A stretch of DNA of 64,000 nucleotides from Candidatus Eremiobacteria bacterium (GCA_963737065.1 CAVTRC010000001.1:1792001-1856000), one strand, 5' to 3'; shown: positions 28,959-39,831, counted from the stretch's first letter. Notes: a model not told the origin generated them from the sequence alone. Numbers and translations: made by a program.

Positions 28959-30326
28959 TTAGTGATTGATTGCAGCTTCGCGTCCTTCGTAGAGAAGGCG
29001 GCCGAGCGCGCCCACGACGGCGGCGGTGTTGAAGAGTCGGTCGTTGAGCGGGACGAGGGTCGGCGTCGACGTCCGATGTTGAAACGGCAGGATCACGCCC
29101 TCGTGTATAAACGGCGTGGTTTCGAATCCGCCGACGGTTCGAAAAATCAGCTCCGCATACAGCGCGTTCGCCCAGCCGAATTCCTGGCGAGTGAATCGCC
29201 AATAGCCGCCGGCGTAAAAGCTTTCGTGAATCAGTCCGTCTCCGCCGTCGGTTTCCACAAGCGTTGTAATCAACTCGTCGATCGACGCGGTATTCGTTTC
29301 GGTCAGCGCTTCACCGATCAGGCCGAGCGGCCAGACGTTGCCATAGGGAGTGTGCGGACTTCCCAAGCCCTCGGCGTAGCGGCCGCGGAAGAACCACGGA
29401 TTGCGCGGACTTAGCGTGAACGCACGCGTCGTGCGATAGAGCGGATAGTACGCTGACGACCAGTTGATGTACGGAAGCGTCGTGAGATTAGGGATGTTCG
29501 CGTCGTCCATCACGTTGTATCGCCCGTATCCGTCGGTCTCATAGGCATACATCCACGTGCGGGTCTTTTCGTCGAAAACCATTCCGTATTGCATGACCGC
29601 ACGCATAACGGATTGTTCGAGCGACAATGCCTTCATCGCCAATCCCCGATCGCCGTATCCGTAGAGCGCTAATTCACGAATCTCGCGCAATGCAACGACG
29701 GCAATCATGTTCTGCGGGATGTTGAAGCGGTATTGCACCGGATCGTCCGATGGCCGGAACGCGCACCAGATCAATCCGCTGCCCTCGTTATAGTGGTCGT
29801 CGGTATACGTGCGGTACGGATACCTGTACGTGCTGCACCGCGAGTGACGCTGTTCGCATCCGTACGTGTAGACGATGCGGCTGAGCGCGACATGCAGTTC
29901 CGGCGTAAAGATCGAACGGTCGCCCGTCTCCTGAATGTACACCGACGCGAGCATCACCGGCCACGCGATCGAGTCGACTTCCCACTTGCGCTCCCAAGGC
30001 GTGTAGTCGGCGTTAAAAGCGTTAGCAAAGGGATCGAGGTTGATGGCGTTCGCATCGCGCTCGATGACACCGGTAAATCGCCTTCGCAAAACGGGATAGT
30101 AGATTTGAAAGCGCACGTACGGGATGGTCTGCGCCGCCGAATCGCGCAGCCACATTGCCGGAATATCGCCCGTTTGCACGTACGTTGTCCCGTCGTCCTC
30201 CGGAAAGAAATCGCGGAAAAGCGTATGAAATAGCGACTCGGCTTGAACCGAGCGCGTGCGCTGACCGGTGAGCGGCACGATTAAACTCTGCGCGATGAGC
30301 AACATCGCGAGCGCGAGTCGCAACAC
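28959..30326 (-). CDS. Glycoside hydrolase family 125 (exo-alpha-1,6-mannosidase-like), exported
   Basis: TGDIPAMWLRDS, WERKWEVDS, FRPSDD, MDDANIP, GSPHT, FGWANA. Confidence 0.93.
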   Translation of the reverse strand: MLRLALAMLLIAQSLIVPLTGQRTRSVQAESLFHTLFRDFFPEDDGTTYVQTGDIPAMWLRDSAAQTIPYVRFQIYYPVLRRRFTGVIERDANAINLDPFANAFNADYTPWERKWEVDSIAWPVMLASVYIQETGDRSIFTPELHVALSRIVYTYGCEQRHSRCSTYRYPYRTYTDDHYNEGSGLIWCAFRPSDDPVQYRFNIPQNMIAVVALREIRELALYGYGDRGLAMKALSLEQSVMRAVMQYGMVFDEKTRTWMYAYETDGYGRYNVMDDANIPNLTTLPYINWSSAYYPLYRTTRAFTLSPRNPWFFRGRYAEGLGSPHTPYGNVWPLGLIGEALTETNTASIDELITTLVETDGGDGLIHESFYAGGYWRFTRQEFGWANALYAELIFRTVGGFETTPFIHEGVILPFQHRTSTPTLVPLNDRLFNTAAVVGALGRLLYEGREAAINH

Positions 30327-30332
30327 CGAGGC

Positions 30333-31547
30333 TCAGTCGTCGTCAGGCGTAATGGTCAGTGTGTCGATCTTTCCGTCCGGTGCGTAGCTCAGCGTCATCC
30401 AAAACTGCTTGTATCCGAAGCTCAGGCGATATTTCTCGAGTGCGGTTCCGTTCACGCTCGTGCGGTTGATGAACTCAACGAGCGTCAGTGCGCCGAGCGC
30501 CGAGAACGGTTGTCCCCCGTCGAGCACATGTTGCGCCGAAAGCGTTTTGTTGAGCGACGTCGTCAACCGGTCGCGATCGAGCGAGCCGCGCTGCAATTCA
30601 TGGACGAGTTCGACGACGTCGCGTGTGACGGCGGGGTTTTCGTTCTGCGCGGGATGTTCAAAATCCGCAACGAGCGCGCCGTCACGGGGGCGCTCGAGCG
30701 CCTGCGCAATCGTTTTTGCGATCGGAAGAAGATAGGCGTTGCCGGCGTTTGCGAGCACCGCGATTTCGAGACCGTCGTCGATGACGATCGCGTCGTCGGC
30801 GCTGAATCCCTCGACGTAGCCGGGATGTTCAGCCGTTTTCCAACCGTACCAGTCACGAATGTAGAATCCGTAACCGTAGTGTGTTCGCTCGCCGCTCGGT
30901 AGCGCTTGCGATGCGGTCATGGCTTGGAAGTCGGCGTTCGAAACGACACGGCCGCTGCGCAGCGCTTCGAGCCATGTCAAAAGATCGGCCGCGGTCGACG
31001 ACATTCCCGCGGACGCGTCGTTGACGGAGAGCGATGTGTTGCGCAGTCCGAGCGGAGCCGCAATATTGCGGTATAGAAGCGTCGCAAGCGGCATGTGCGT
31101 CGCCGACTCAACGAGCGAGCCCAAAAGGAAGTAGTTCGTGTTGCTGTATTCGAACTGCGTGCCCGGCTCGAAGAGCGGCTGCGACCCAAGCGCCGCCTCA
31201 ACGCTGCGCGGATCGTCGGTATACGTCGGAAGCCCGCTCGTCTGCGCGAGCAGCTGCTGCACCGTGACGCCGTGCGTCGACGTAGTGAGCGCCAAGGTTC
31301 CTCGTTCGATCTGTTGCAGAACGAGCGCAGCCGTGAACTGCTTCGTCAATGAACCGATGCGATAGATCGTATCGCCGTGGGCACTGCCGTAACCGCGCAA
31401 GAGCAGCACATTGCCTTTCCGCGCGACGCCGATCGATAGGCGCGGTATATGGTTGGCTGCCATCACTTGCTCGACCGCAGTATCGATCGTTTTCGATTGA
31501 GCGGTCGTGAGCGCGAGCGATGCGGCCAGCAGTGCAGCGCCTAGCAT
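30333..31547 (-). CDS. Exported beta-lactamase-family serine hydrolase (intact SxxK)
   Basis: YRIGSLTKQF, YSNTNY, EHPGYVEGF; C-terminal domain resembles that of 4209..5606. Confidence 0.9.
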   Translation of the reverse strand: MLGAALLAASLALTTAQSKTIDTAVEQVMAANHIPRLSIGVARKGNVLLLRGYGSAHGDTIYRIGSLTKQFTAALVLQQIERGTLALTTSTHGVTVQQLLAQTSGLPTYTDDPRSVEAALGSQPLFEPGTQFEYSNTNYFLLGSLVESATHMPLATLLYRNIAAPLGLRNTSLSVNDASAGMSSTAADLLTWLEALRSGRVVSNADFQAMTASQALPSGERTHYGYGFYIRDWYGWKTAEHPGYVEGFSADDAIVIDDGLEIAVLANAGNAYLLPIAKTIAQALERPRDGALVADFEHPAQNENPAVTRDVVELVHELQRGSLDRDRLTTSLNKTLSAQHVLDGGQPFSALGALTLVEFINRTSVNGTALEKYRLSFGYKQFWMTLSYAPDGKIDTLTITPDDD

Positions 31548-31599
31548 GCCGGTGTCTTCCACACGTGCGGCTGAAACCCGCGACGAACGGCGAATGTAG

Positions 31600-31666
31600 A
31601 TGCGACGGTTCGAGCGAAGTCCCTTTCATCGGACGGTGCACGTACCGGCGACACGGCCGTTGAACG
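31600..31666 (+). pseudogene. Probable 5' stub of the DUF4097 gene split by the island
   Basis: ATG 31600 MRRFERSPFHRTVHVPATRPLN joins in frame to NVHVANG... at 43754 through a shared AACG. Confidence 0.5.
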
Positions 31667-31732
31667 CTCCGGCCTTGGTCCAACGCGACTTCAGAGCCGA
31701 CGCTCCGAACGAGGTCTGGGTGTCGGACATTA

Positions 31733-32738
31733 GTGTGCTACAGCAGCACAGAAGGAGTTATGCGATGAGTCCATAGCGACGACTGTGCCAGAAGCTGCAT
31801 GAAAGATGGAGGCAGACCCTCCGAATACGGCTTGCAGGAGCAGTTTTCAAACCACTTTGAGCGGCGTTGGCTAAAGACCGTCGTCGTGAGCGTCAAAGAA
31901 ACGGCGCAGCGTATGTGTCAGGTGTGAATCGAGAAGGCGAACAACCCGTGAACCACGCTGCGACAGCGAACGAAAGGAACACCGCAGGGTGGGGTCATCT
32001 CACCGCTTTTCGCGAACCTCTTCCTGCATTACGCCTTCGATCGTTGGATGACAACGCAGTTTCCGCGGTTGCCGTTTTGCCGCTATGCGGATGATGGACT
32101 CGTCCATTGCCGTAGTTTTAACCAAGCGCAATACGTCAAAGAACGGCTCGCGCAACGGTTCAGGGAATGCGGCTTGGAGATTCATCCTGATAAGACACGG
32201 ATTGTCTACTGCAAAGGTGTTCATCGGTATGAGGAGCATGAGCACATCCAGTTCGATTTCTTTGGGATACACGTTTCGGCCGAGAAGAAGCTACGACAAG
32301 CATGGTCGTACCTTTCACCAATTTCGCACCGGCTATGGCGCGTAGCGCGACCATCGCCTTGCGTCAAGAAGTGCGCAGTTGGCGGTTGCAATTGAAGAGC
32401 GACAAGTCGCTCGAAGACCTCTCGCGAATGTTTAGCCCGACAATCGCTGGGTGGGTGAACTACTACACCCGATTCTACGCATCGGCGTTTAATGTCGTCG
32501 CAAAGCATATCAATCGCGCACTCGCACGATGGGCGATGCGGAAATTCAAGAAACTACGAGGCCACAAGACACGTGCGGTGAAGTGGATTGAGCGCGTTGC
32601 ACAACAACGAGCAGATTTTTTTGCCCACTGGCGCGCTGGTTATCAGTTTTCGGCTCGATAATGGGAGCCGGATGAGCGGAAACGTTCATGTCCGGTTCTA
32701 CGAGAGCGCGGCGGTGAGACTCCGCCGCGCGACTCACC
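31733..32738 (+). ncRNA. Group II intron, RmInt1-like (bacterial class D), internally deleted
   Basis: 5' GTGTGCTACAGCAGCACAGAAGGAGTT; domain V GAGCCGGATGAGCGGAAACGTTCATGTCCGGTTC (32665-32698); domain VI ending GACTCACC; removal restores ATT-ACA-TAC in the transposase. Confidence 0.92.
31967..32661 (+). pseudogene. Group II intron reverse transcriptase/maturase, C-terminal part, two frameshifts
   Basis: GTPQGGVISPLFANLFLH (RT4), RYADDGLVHC (RT5), GLEIHPDKT (RT6), FDF/LGYTFRPR (RT7), GWVNYY (domain X); no En domain; RT0-3 missing. Confidence 0.93.
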
Positions 32739-33536
32739 CATACGTGCCGACGTTTTCCGGTTCTTTTGCGTTGCCATTGTGCTCGACGTATTCAGGCGGC
32801 ACCTCGTCGGCCGGGCAATGGCGACGCACGTTCGAACGGAGCTTGTGCTTTACGAACTCGATCAGGCAGTTCATCAGCGAACGCCGATTAACGTTATTCA
32901 TTATTCAGATCAAGGACTTAGTACACGTCGCGTTTGGGCAAAGCTGCAAAAAAGCTGGGATACGTACATCGATTGGGTCCGGTCGCGACTGCTACGACAA
33001 CGCCATGTGCAAAAGCTCCGCGCATTCTCGAATGCGAACTGTTCATGAGACGTCGTTTCGAGAACCCGCGCGTAGCGGCAATTGCCGTGTTTGAATTCAT
33101 GGAGGGCTTCTAAAAACCATATCGGCGTCATACGACGATCGGAAATATCTCGCCGATTGCCTTCGAGCAACGACACATGCATCAAGCCACTTGATGTGTA
33201 ATCTGCAAGGCCCACGAGAGTGGACCAGCGTCAGCCCTTGCATGTGGACCTATCATCTTGTTTGATTCTGGCTCTTTTCTGGTTGGAGTTGCAGGCGCAC
33301 AATAGAGTAGCAGCAGCAATCACAACGCCTTTCTTCAGCTTGCCTTTATCGGTTCTTCAATCCCTTCGCCGGCTTGTCGAGGCCTCTGTGCACAGGGGTC
33401 GCCGCGTAACGTCGATCGTTCCACAGCTAACGACACTTGCCGTGGTTCTGAATTGCCGCCATATGACGTTGTCAGATAAGCGCCATCAAACCGTTAATAC
33501 CGTTGAACATTAATCAAATCGCTAGGGGTACAATCG

Positions 33537-33887
33537 ATGAGTGCACTTCAATCTGTCGCCAGACTGAGAATCCATGATGGCAAGCTGGACGAATTCAAGC
33601 GGCTCGCAGCAACCTGCGCCGAATTGGTGCGAAGTAAAGACACTGGAACTCTGCAGTATGAGTTGTACTTTAACAACGACAACAGCGAGTGCCTCGTCTT
33701 TGAGCGCTACCGCGATTCACAAGCACTGCTGGACCACATGAAAAACATGGGCGAAACGATGGCTGCAATCTTTAAGATCTGCACAGGATCTGGAGAGGTG
33801 TGTGGAACGCCTAGCGCGGAACTCGCGGAGAAACTGAAAGAATCCCCCGTTGCAATTTACACACCGTTTGTCCCCCACACTTCCTGA
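33537..33887 (+). CDS. ABM / putative quinol monooxygenase family protein
   Basis: GKLDEFKRLA...KDTGTLQYELY...FERYRDSQALLDH; AGGGG RBS. Confidence 0.82.
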   Translation: MSALQSVARLRIHDGKLDEFKRLAATCAELVRSKDTGTLQYELYFNNDNSECLVFERYRDSQALLDHMKNMGETMAAIFKICTGSGEVCGTPSAELAEKLKESPVAIYTPFVPHTS

Positions 33888-34068
33888 GTAAGCCTTCACG
33901 GAAGCTCGCTTCGTGTCGCGCCTTTCTGCACATCGGTGGTCTTAGAGACTTGAGCGGTCATCATCTACACAAGAAAGCGCAGGTGCTTTCAGGAGAGCGA
34001 TGCTTTTGAGCTAAAACCGATGCTGTTCATTGGGAATACGTCTGACTCTTAAGGCTTGAACATCCACT

Positions 34069-35260
34069 TTAGGAAACGGCACTGTTATCGGACATTGAAG
34101 CCGCGCGAATTGCGTCAAAAACCTTATTCACATCGATCATCGGATTTGCGGCAACGGATCGAATCCAACGCTCGTCCCCGATAACCGTGGACGAAGCGAC
34201 TCCAGGCACTCTGCCGAGAAGCACCTCAGTGTCGAGATACTTGTGCCTCCAGAGCACGATACCCGACGTCGGCCAATCGAACAGTTCGAACGCGACGGAA
34301 GTTTCGACAAGGCGCGCGAGATATTCGGCGTGAGTCATGCATCGTTCAAGGCGTTTCTCGAAGCCGCGCCTTCCCCACGCCAGTAATGTGGCCAAGAGAG
34401 AAATAGCTGCTGCACCGCGGGAGCCGAGAAGCCCAACGTTTGGAGTGGTGAGATATGCTCCGCTGAAGCCGAGCGCGCCTTTTACCTTTTCGAAATCCTT
34501 GAAAAAAATGAGCGCAGATTCTTGGGCTGAAAGAGCAGTTTATGGGAAGACACTGTAACCGAATCGGCGTTGTCTACGCCATCGAGGAGATGCCCGAAGC
34601 GGCTGGTTAATCGCAGTGGTCCTCCCCATGCTGCATCAACGTGACGCCAACGGGCGCCTCGTCCGGCACTGAGTGAATCAATCGCGCCAACGCTCGTCGT
34701 TCCAGCGGTTAGCACTAGTGCTGACGACGAAAGATCCCCAAGCGATTCTGAATCTATTCCGCGATCACGTTCAACTGGAGTAGCGCGATATTTCAATCCG
34801 AGTAGATGCGCGCATTTCCGGATGCTAAGGTGAGCATCTTGTGACGCCACAACTTCCGTCACGCCGCGGATCTCCCGTGCGGCCCATAAGGCAGTTAGAT
34901 TGGCTAACGTTAGCGCCAGGGAGAACTTGACCTCCATCACATCCGAACAGCGGCGCTAGCCACGAGACGAGTCGATCCTCGAGTTCTCGCGCAATAGGCG
35001 CCGTCTGGTTATGTAGAAGATTCTGATTCAACGCCGCGTTCCAATAGGATGTTACCCACGTAATCCAAGGTGTCGGCGGGTCCATTTGCGCGAAGAATGT
35101 GCTCGCTCCTAGGTCACAAGCACCCGAAAATACTACATTTCGCAAGATTTCGGCAGCCTCAACGTCACCAAGTCCATATTCAGGTAAGGACAACGGTATA
35201 TTTGCTGCACCTTGATGCGAAGCAGCTACCGTGTCAAAATCTAATAACGAAAAATTGTAC
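34069..35260 (-). pseudogene. PLP-dependent group II decarboxylase, frameshifted
   Basis: Three frames: FFAQMDPP...ALNQNLLH; NLTALWAAR...TAGTTSVGAID...HVDAAWGG...SSHKLLFQPK; GLLGSRG...WGRRG; no clear start. Confidence 0.82.
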
Positions 35261-35329
35261 TTCGGCCTGAACGAATGATCATCGCGATTCCTAAAACATA
35301 AAACGACAGCAGGGACTTCTCAAAAATGT

Positions 35330-35953
35330 CTAAAGCCGGATGGGTTGAAGCAATCCCAAGTAACTTGGAGTTCGAATCGTTGACTTCAGGATCGGGTCGC
35401 GGATCGGCACACCACGAACGACTCGAATTGGAACCTGTCCAGCCCAAACGTCGCTATCAAGATCGGCTTCAAAATCAATCGGAGGACCGACGCGAACTTT
35501 AGCTACAGCTTCATCGAGCGCAAGCGAAAGCACCATGGTCGTTCGAAGTTCCCCATCGGTAGGACGGCGTACATCGTCCCATCGACCTCGACAGATGCGC
35601 TCAACGATTGCACCCACCGCTGCGAGTTTTTCGTCGTAACTGGTAACGTGCATCATCTGACCACACGCGACTACGGACCGGTAATTCATCGAATGATTGA
35701 ATGCTGATCTTGCTAGCACCAAGTCATCTAATAGTGTCACCGTGAGGCAGCCGTTAGCGTCGCGTGCGGATTGCATCCATCGCGCAAGGACCGAACCATG
35801 GACGTACACTTTCTGTCCAATTCGCGCGTGGATCGTTGGTACGACGAGCGGGCCTTCGTCTGTTAGAACACCTACGTGACAGCACAATGCTTCGTCAACA
35901 ATAGCGGCAATCGTTTCAAATTCACGAGACATACGATCCGGAAATCGTGCCAA
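35330..35953 (-). CDS. Pyridoxamine 5'-phosphate oxidase-like FMN-binding protein
   Basis: IVDEALCCHVG, VYVHGS, LARSAFNHSMNYRSVV, AKVRVGPP, WAGQVP; GAGGAG RBS. Confidence 0.9.
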   Translation of the reverse strand: MARFPDRMSREFETIAAIVDEALCCHVGVLTDEGPLVVPTIHARIGQKVYVHGSVLARWMQSARDANGCLTVTLLDDLVLARSAFNHSMNYRSVVACGQMMHVTSYDEKLAAVGAIVERICRGRWDDVRRPTDGELRTTMVLSLALDEAVAKVRVGPPIDFEADLDSDVWAGQVPIRVVRGVPIRDPILKSTIRTPSYLGLLQPIRL

Positions 35954-36259
35954 GGGTATCTCCTCTTATCGTGAAATCGCCGTGACCTTCTCAGCCATAG
36001 TCAAACATGGCACCACGTCTAGATTTGTTTGGGCAGTAACCTTCGCTCATAATCCTACAAGCAGCTCTTTCTCTTTAACAGGTCCACGTAAGACGAAAAC
36101 GCAAGGTCCAAAAAGCGACGGCAGAATGTCGCCTTCGATGGCTCATAGTGTACCTCAACTTGTATCGCTGAGCCGGCCCGCCGCGAAGCTGCGCGTGGTC
36201 CCATCGAAATTCGCTTTTCTGGGCCTAGCAATGAGATCAAATCTTCCTATCATGATGGT

Positions 36260-38239
36260 GTGAATAAGAGTCTGCGAGTACAACGCTCGAAAACTGGCAT
36301 TTTCGGGATTTTCTTTTTGGTATTTGCCTCGTGCCCGTTAACGTCGTCGGTGCAAGCTAAGATTGTGGGAGCGCAGCACCTGCGCGCCGGAGATACGGTG
36401 GTTCTTGCGAGCTTCGCTAATCTGACGGGCGATGCCATTTTTGATGGAACGCTCGACTGGGCGTTGCGAGACGAACTGGAAGGTTCTCCTTACGTCAATG
36501 TGCTGTCGGCGCAGGATGCATCCAAGGCTCTTACGACGATTGGCGACACTCAAAGCAAGCGTCTCTCTGTGGTTATTAGCCGCCAAATCTGTAACCGAGT
36601 CGGTGGCAAAGCTGTCGTTGCGGGAATAATTTCGAAACAGGGGAGCGACTACATTGTAGATCTCTCCGCGTCGTCTTGCGATCGCGGCGGCAACACCCTT
36701 ACCGCAACGCGTAGAACAGCTCTCGAGCAAAAGGACGTCCTTAGCGCGCTGAGTCGCGCATTGACAACTTTGCGCTTGCGATTGGGCGAGCCTGCGACCT
36801 CTGTTCAACGATTTGGAGTGCCTGCTGAAGATGCGACCTCTTCTTTGGAAGCGCTCAAAGATTACAGTGCTGCACTGGCCGAATCAGAAAAAAATGGTGG
36901 ACCGCCAACGATTCCTCTACTGGAGCGAGTAATCAACCTCGATCCCAATTTTCCGCTAGCTTACGCGGCGTTAGCAAATGTTTATCACAATTTGCAAGAA
37001 CCTGCACTGGCGCAGCAGTCTGCCTCGCGCGCCTTCCAGTTGCGAAGCCGCGCCACTGAGCGAGAGAAATTGCGAATATCTGCCGCATATTTTTTAGCGA
37101 CGGGTCAGCTCGACGCAGAGATCCAGAACTATAAGAAATGGCAAGCCGAGTATCCGCACGATTTCCTGCCATACAACGACCTTGGCAATGATTATGCCGC
37201 AATGGGGCAACTGCACGGTGCGCTTGAAGAATATAAAAAGGGCTTGCAGTTGGAACCAACACTGATCGGCTATGTCAATGTGGGTGGGATGTATATAAGC
37301 CTGAATCGGTTCGAGGAAGCGAAAGCGACCTTCAACGAAGCGCTGTCAAGTAATTTCGACGGGCGCTATCTTCGGATGAACCTTTATTGGCTGGCCTTTC
37401 TCACGGGCGACCCCGTGCAGATGACTCGACAGCTGGTGTGGGCGTCGAGCCGGCCTGAGGCAAATGACGCGCTGCTTAGCGAACAGTCCGATACTGAGGC
37501 TTACGATGGCCGAATGGAAACCGCGCGCGAATTTTCGCAGCGCGCGGTAGCTGCTGCTATCTCATCGGGCTCGAAAGAAACGGCGGCTTTGTGGCGTGTT
37601 AACGAGGCCCTCCGAGAAGCTGAAGTTGGCGAATTTGCCATTGCGCGAAGTGAAGTCTCATCAGCGTTGGCACTTTCTGCGGATCGAGACGTAACGCTCA
37701 TCGCAGCGTTTACGTTGGCTCGCTCGGACGCTACACGATCAGCAACGACTTTAGTCAAAAAGCTTGAGAAGACTTACCCAACGGATTCCCTCATGAGGCT
37801 TTACTGGCTCCCAGCCATAAAAGCTACGTTGGCCCTTGATGACGGTGACTTCATCCGAGCGATCGCGTTACTACGGCCAGTGGAATCCCACGAGTCCGGG
37901 AGCGCAGGAACGTTCATTAGCTATCTTTATCCAGCTTTTTTGCGTGGTCAAGCTTATCTAGATGATGGTAAAGGTGGCGCAGCTGCGGGTGAGTTTCGAA
38001 AACTCGTGCTTGGAAAAGGCATCGTACAGAATTTCCTCACTGGAGCGCTTACTCATCTAGAGCTAGGCCGCTCATATGCGTGCGTTGGTGAAGTTTCTGA
38101 GGCGCAAGCGGAATATCGTACGTTCTTCGACATATGGAACCACGCGGATACAGATGTTCCGATTCTGCGACAAGCTCGAGCGGAGTATTCGCAACTATCA
38201 AGGCCGACTCGTACTCGTTGCCGTCATACGGCATCTTAG
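36260..38239 (+). CDS. Exported or membrane-anchored TPR protein
   Basis: Hydrophobic N-terminus; DTVVLASFANLTGDAIFDGTL; TSSLEALKDY; LDPNFPLAYAAL; multiple TPRs; WNHADTDVPILRQARAEY. Confidence 0.8.
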   Translation: MNKSLRVQRSKTGIFGIFFLVFASCPLTSSVQAKIVGAQHLRAGDTVVLASFANLTGDAIFDGTLDWALRDELEGSPYVNVLSAQDASKALTTIGDTQSKRLSVVISRQICNRVGGKAVVAGIISKQGSDYIVDLSASSCDRGGNTLTATRRTALEQKDVLSALSRALTTLRLRLGEPATSVQRFGVPAEDATSSLEALKDYSAALAESEKNGGPPTIPLLERVINLDPNFPLAYAALANVYHNLQEPALAQQSASRAFQLRSRATEREKLRISAAYFLATGQLDAEIQNYKKWQAEYPHDFLPYNDLGNDYAAMGQLHGALEEYKKGLQLEPTLIGYVNVGGMYISLNRFEEAKATFNEALSSNFDGRYLRMNLYWLAFLTGDPVQMTRQLVWASSRPEANDALLSEQSDTEAYDGRMETAREFSQRAVAAAISSGSKETAALWRVNEALREAEVGEFAIARSEVSSALALSADRDVTLIAAFTLARSDATRSATTLVKKLEKTYPTDSLMRLYWLPAIKATLALDDGDFIRAIALLRPVESHESGSAGTFISYLYPAFLRGQAYLDDGKGGAAAGEFRKLVLGKGIVQNFLTGALTHLELGRSYACVGEVSEAQAEYRTFFDIWNHADTDVPILRQARAEYSQLSRPTRTRCRHTAS

Positions 38240-38275
38240 AAGCATATTAGATGCTGTTGCGCGCCGTACGCATTT

Positions 38276-38929
38276 TTGAGGACCCGCTTAGTGGTCATCG
38301 TTAACCATTATCTGTACATCCTTTCCACATGGTGCCTCGTCGCTGAGGAAGCCATTGGGCGCATGCGCGAACGGTTTGGGTCTTCCATATCGTATGACTG
38401 GCACATTGCATGCACCGATTACGAGACAAATACGCAACTCACTCTCGCGCAGTTGGAGTTTTACTACGCGCGTCTCGAAGTTGCAACCGGGCAACACATG
38501 ACAACGAATTGGTGGTATGAAGGCTACGACTGGCTGGTACCCGACCGAATGACGATTGCGGCGCGTCGACTAGGAGTTACCGACAATTCCGTTCGTCTTG
38601 CACTTTCGAACGCAGGGTTACGCGAAGGGCGGCGTATAACCATGCCGGATGTGGCGTTAAAGGTTGCCGCTGAAGCGGGAGCGCTACGAACCGATTCCTT
38701 ACGTAAAGCGTTTGATGAACCTCAAACGGTCATTGAGCTCTTCAGGCAATCATCCGAATTTCGAGACTCAGGTGTGTCTCTTCGTCCAGCTCTCGTCATC
38801 TCGAATGACCTAGGCGACCGCATTATTTTGTCGGGAATTTGGACGGAAGAACCAATAATGAGCGCTGTTGAGGCGCTACTTCGCGATGAAGTTAGCTATG
38901 CCGACTTCGTGCGCAGTCGCGAACATTAA
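38276..38929 (+). CDS. DsbA/FrnE-like thioredoxin-fold protein
   Basis: N-terminal YILSTWC (SxxC in place of CxxC); GVSLRPALVISNDLGD. Confidence 0.65.
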   Translation: MRTRLVVIVNHYLYILSTWCLVAEEAIGRMRERFGSSISYDWHIACTDYETNTQLTLAQLEFYYARLEVATGQHMTTNWWYEGYDWLVPDRMTIAARRLGVTDNSVRLALSNAGLREGRRITMPDVALKVAAEAGALRTDSLRKAFDEPQTVIELFRQSSEFRDSGVSLRPALVISNDLGDRIILSGIWTEEPIMSAVEALLRDEVSYADFVRSREH

Positions 38930-39049
38930 CGCGCTTTTGGGTCAAAATTTTCGGCCCACCTCTTCTTTCCAAAGGACAAGAGCGCGCACGATTTAGAGTT
39001 AGATACTGTATAGCATGCCGGTATGCAGGCAGAACCCGAAGACGAACAG

Positions 39050-39376
39050 CTAGCCATATAAGGGCCAGACTTCAACGACGCCGTAAGCGATGGCGCATGG
39101 CGTTTTCGAAACCTGTTCGATTGCCTCTTCAATGCTCGTCGCTTCGATCAGCGCGAATCCCGCAATTGGAAGGCGGGCGTGCATGAACGAGCCGCTCGTC
39201 GTTTCCACCCCGGCATCGGCGGGATTTCGAACTTGCACGGGATCGCCAGCGATCCCCATGATGACTCCTATATCTCGTAAGTGCGCATCTTGCAGATGTG
39301 CTTTATCGCGTAGGTCTTGCGGGGTTCGCTTGTAACCCTCTTCATCGCCGTATCCAATTGTGATGAACTTCGGCAT
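39050..39376 (-). CDS. YciI family protein
   Basis: GSFMHARLPIAGFALIEATSIEEAIE...PCA...GVVEVWPL; AAGGAG RBS. Confidence 0.85.
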   Translation of the reverse strand: MPKFITIGYGDEEGYKRTPQDLRDKAHLQDAHLRDIGVIMGIAGDPVQVRNPADAGVETTSGSFMHARLPIAGFALIEATSIEEAIEQVSKTPCAIAYGVVEVWPLYG

Positions 39377-39831
39377 GTTTGAAACTCCTTATTATGTCGA
39401 ACATTTGTTAACTGAGTCGACGATAGCAGAGCACCGCCTTCGCGAGTTAGGCCTTCTCCATCGTCGATCAACGACTGTCGGTAGCCAATGTTGTGCGCGC
39501 GATACCATACTGAAGACGTCATGCGATCGTTTTGCTGCGATCCGAAAGGTCCCCTCATACCGTTGACGGCCATTCAGTTCCGAATACCAGAAAGATGATT
39601 CTCTGCGGAAGTGCTGCCTTTTCGCGCCTACCCACCTTGGAGGAGCTGTTTGCAATCGATGTAGCGCATAAAGGCTTCTCCTTAGCGCGATTTTAAAACG
39701 TAGGATCCGACCATAGATCTACGACACGCGAGGTTCGATCACGCCTGCGGCGGAGCTCCGGCGGGACAATAGTCGAGCATCAGTATTCTGTCGTCGAGGA
39801 CGTCGTGCGCACTCAGTTGGAACGCGAGGTC

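Larger units (their letters stand above)
31667..33233 (+). mobile_element. Degenerate IS3-family transposase (OrfB integrase core), interrupted by a group II intron
   Basis: APALVQRDFRADAPNEVWVSDI | TYVPT...VLDVFRRHLVG...HYSDQG...DCYDNAMC...RRHTTIGNISPIAFE, with frameshifts and stops; probable right end ...CCCACGAGAGTGGACCAGCGTCA at 33233. Confidence 0.88.

Noticed and set aside
31967..32661. Retron, DGR or defence-type reverse transcriptase
   Set aside because: Domain X, flanking DV/DVI and precise intron boundaries identify a group II intron IEP; no msr/msd or TR/VR seen
39380..39830. Short ORFs in island spacers (also 35960-36250 and 41440-41860)
   Set aside because: No family motifs or convincing RBS; likely decayed sequence
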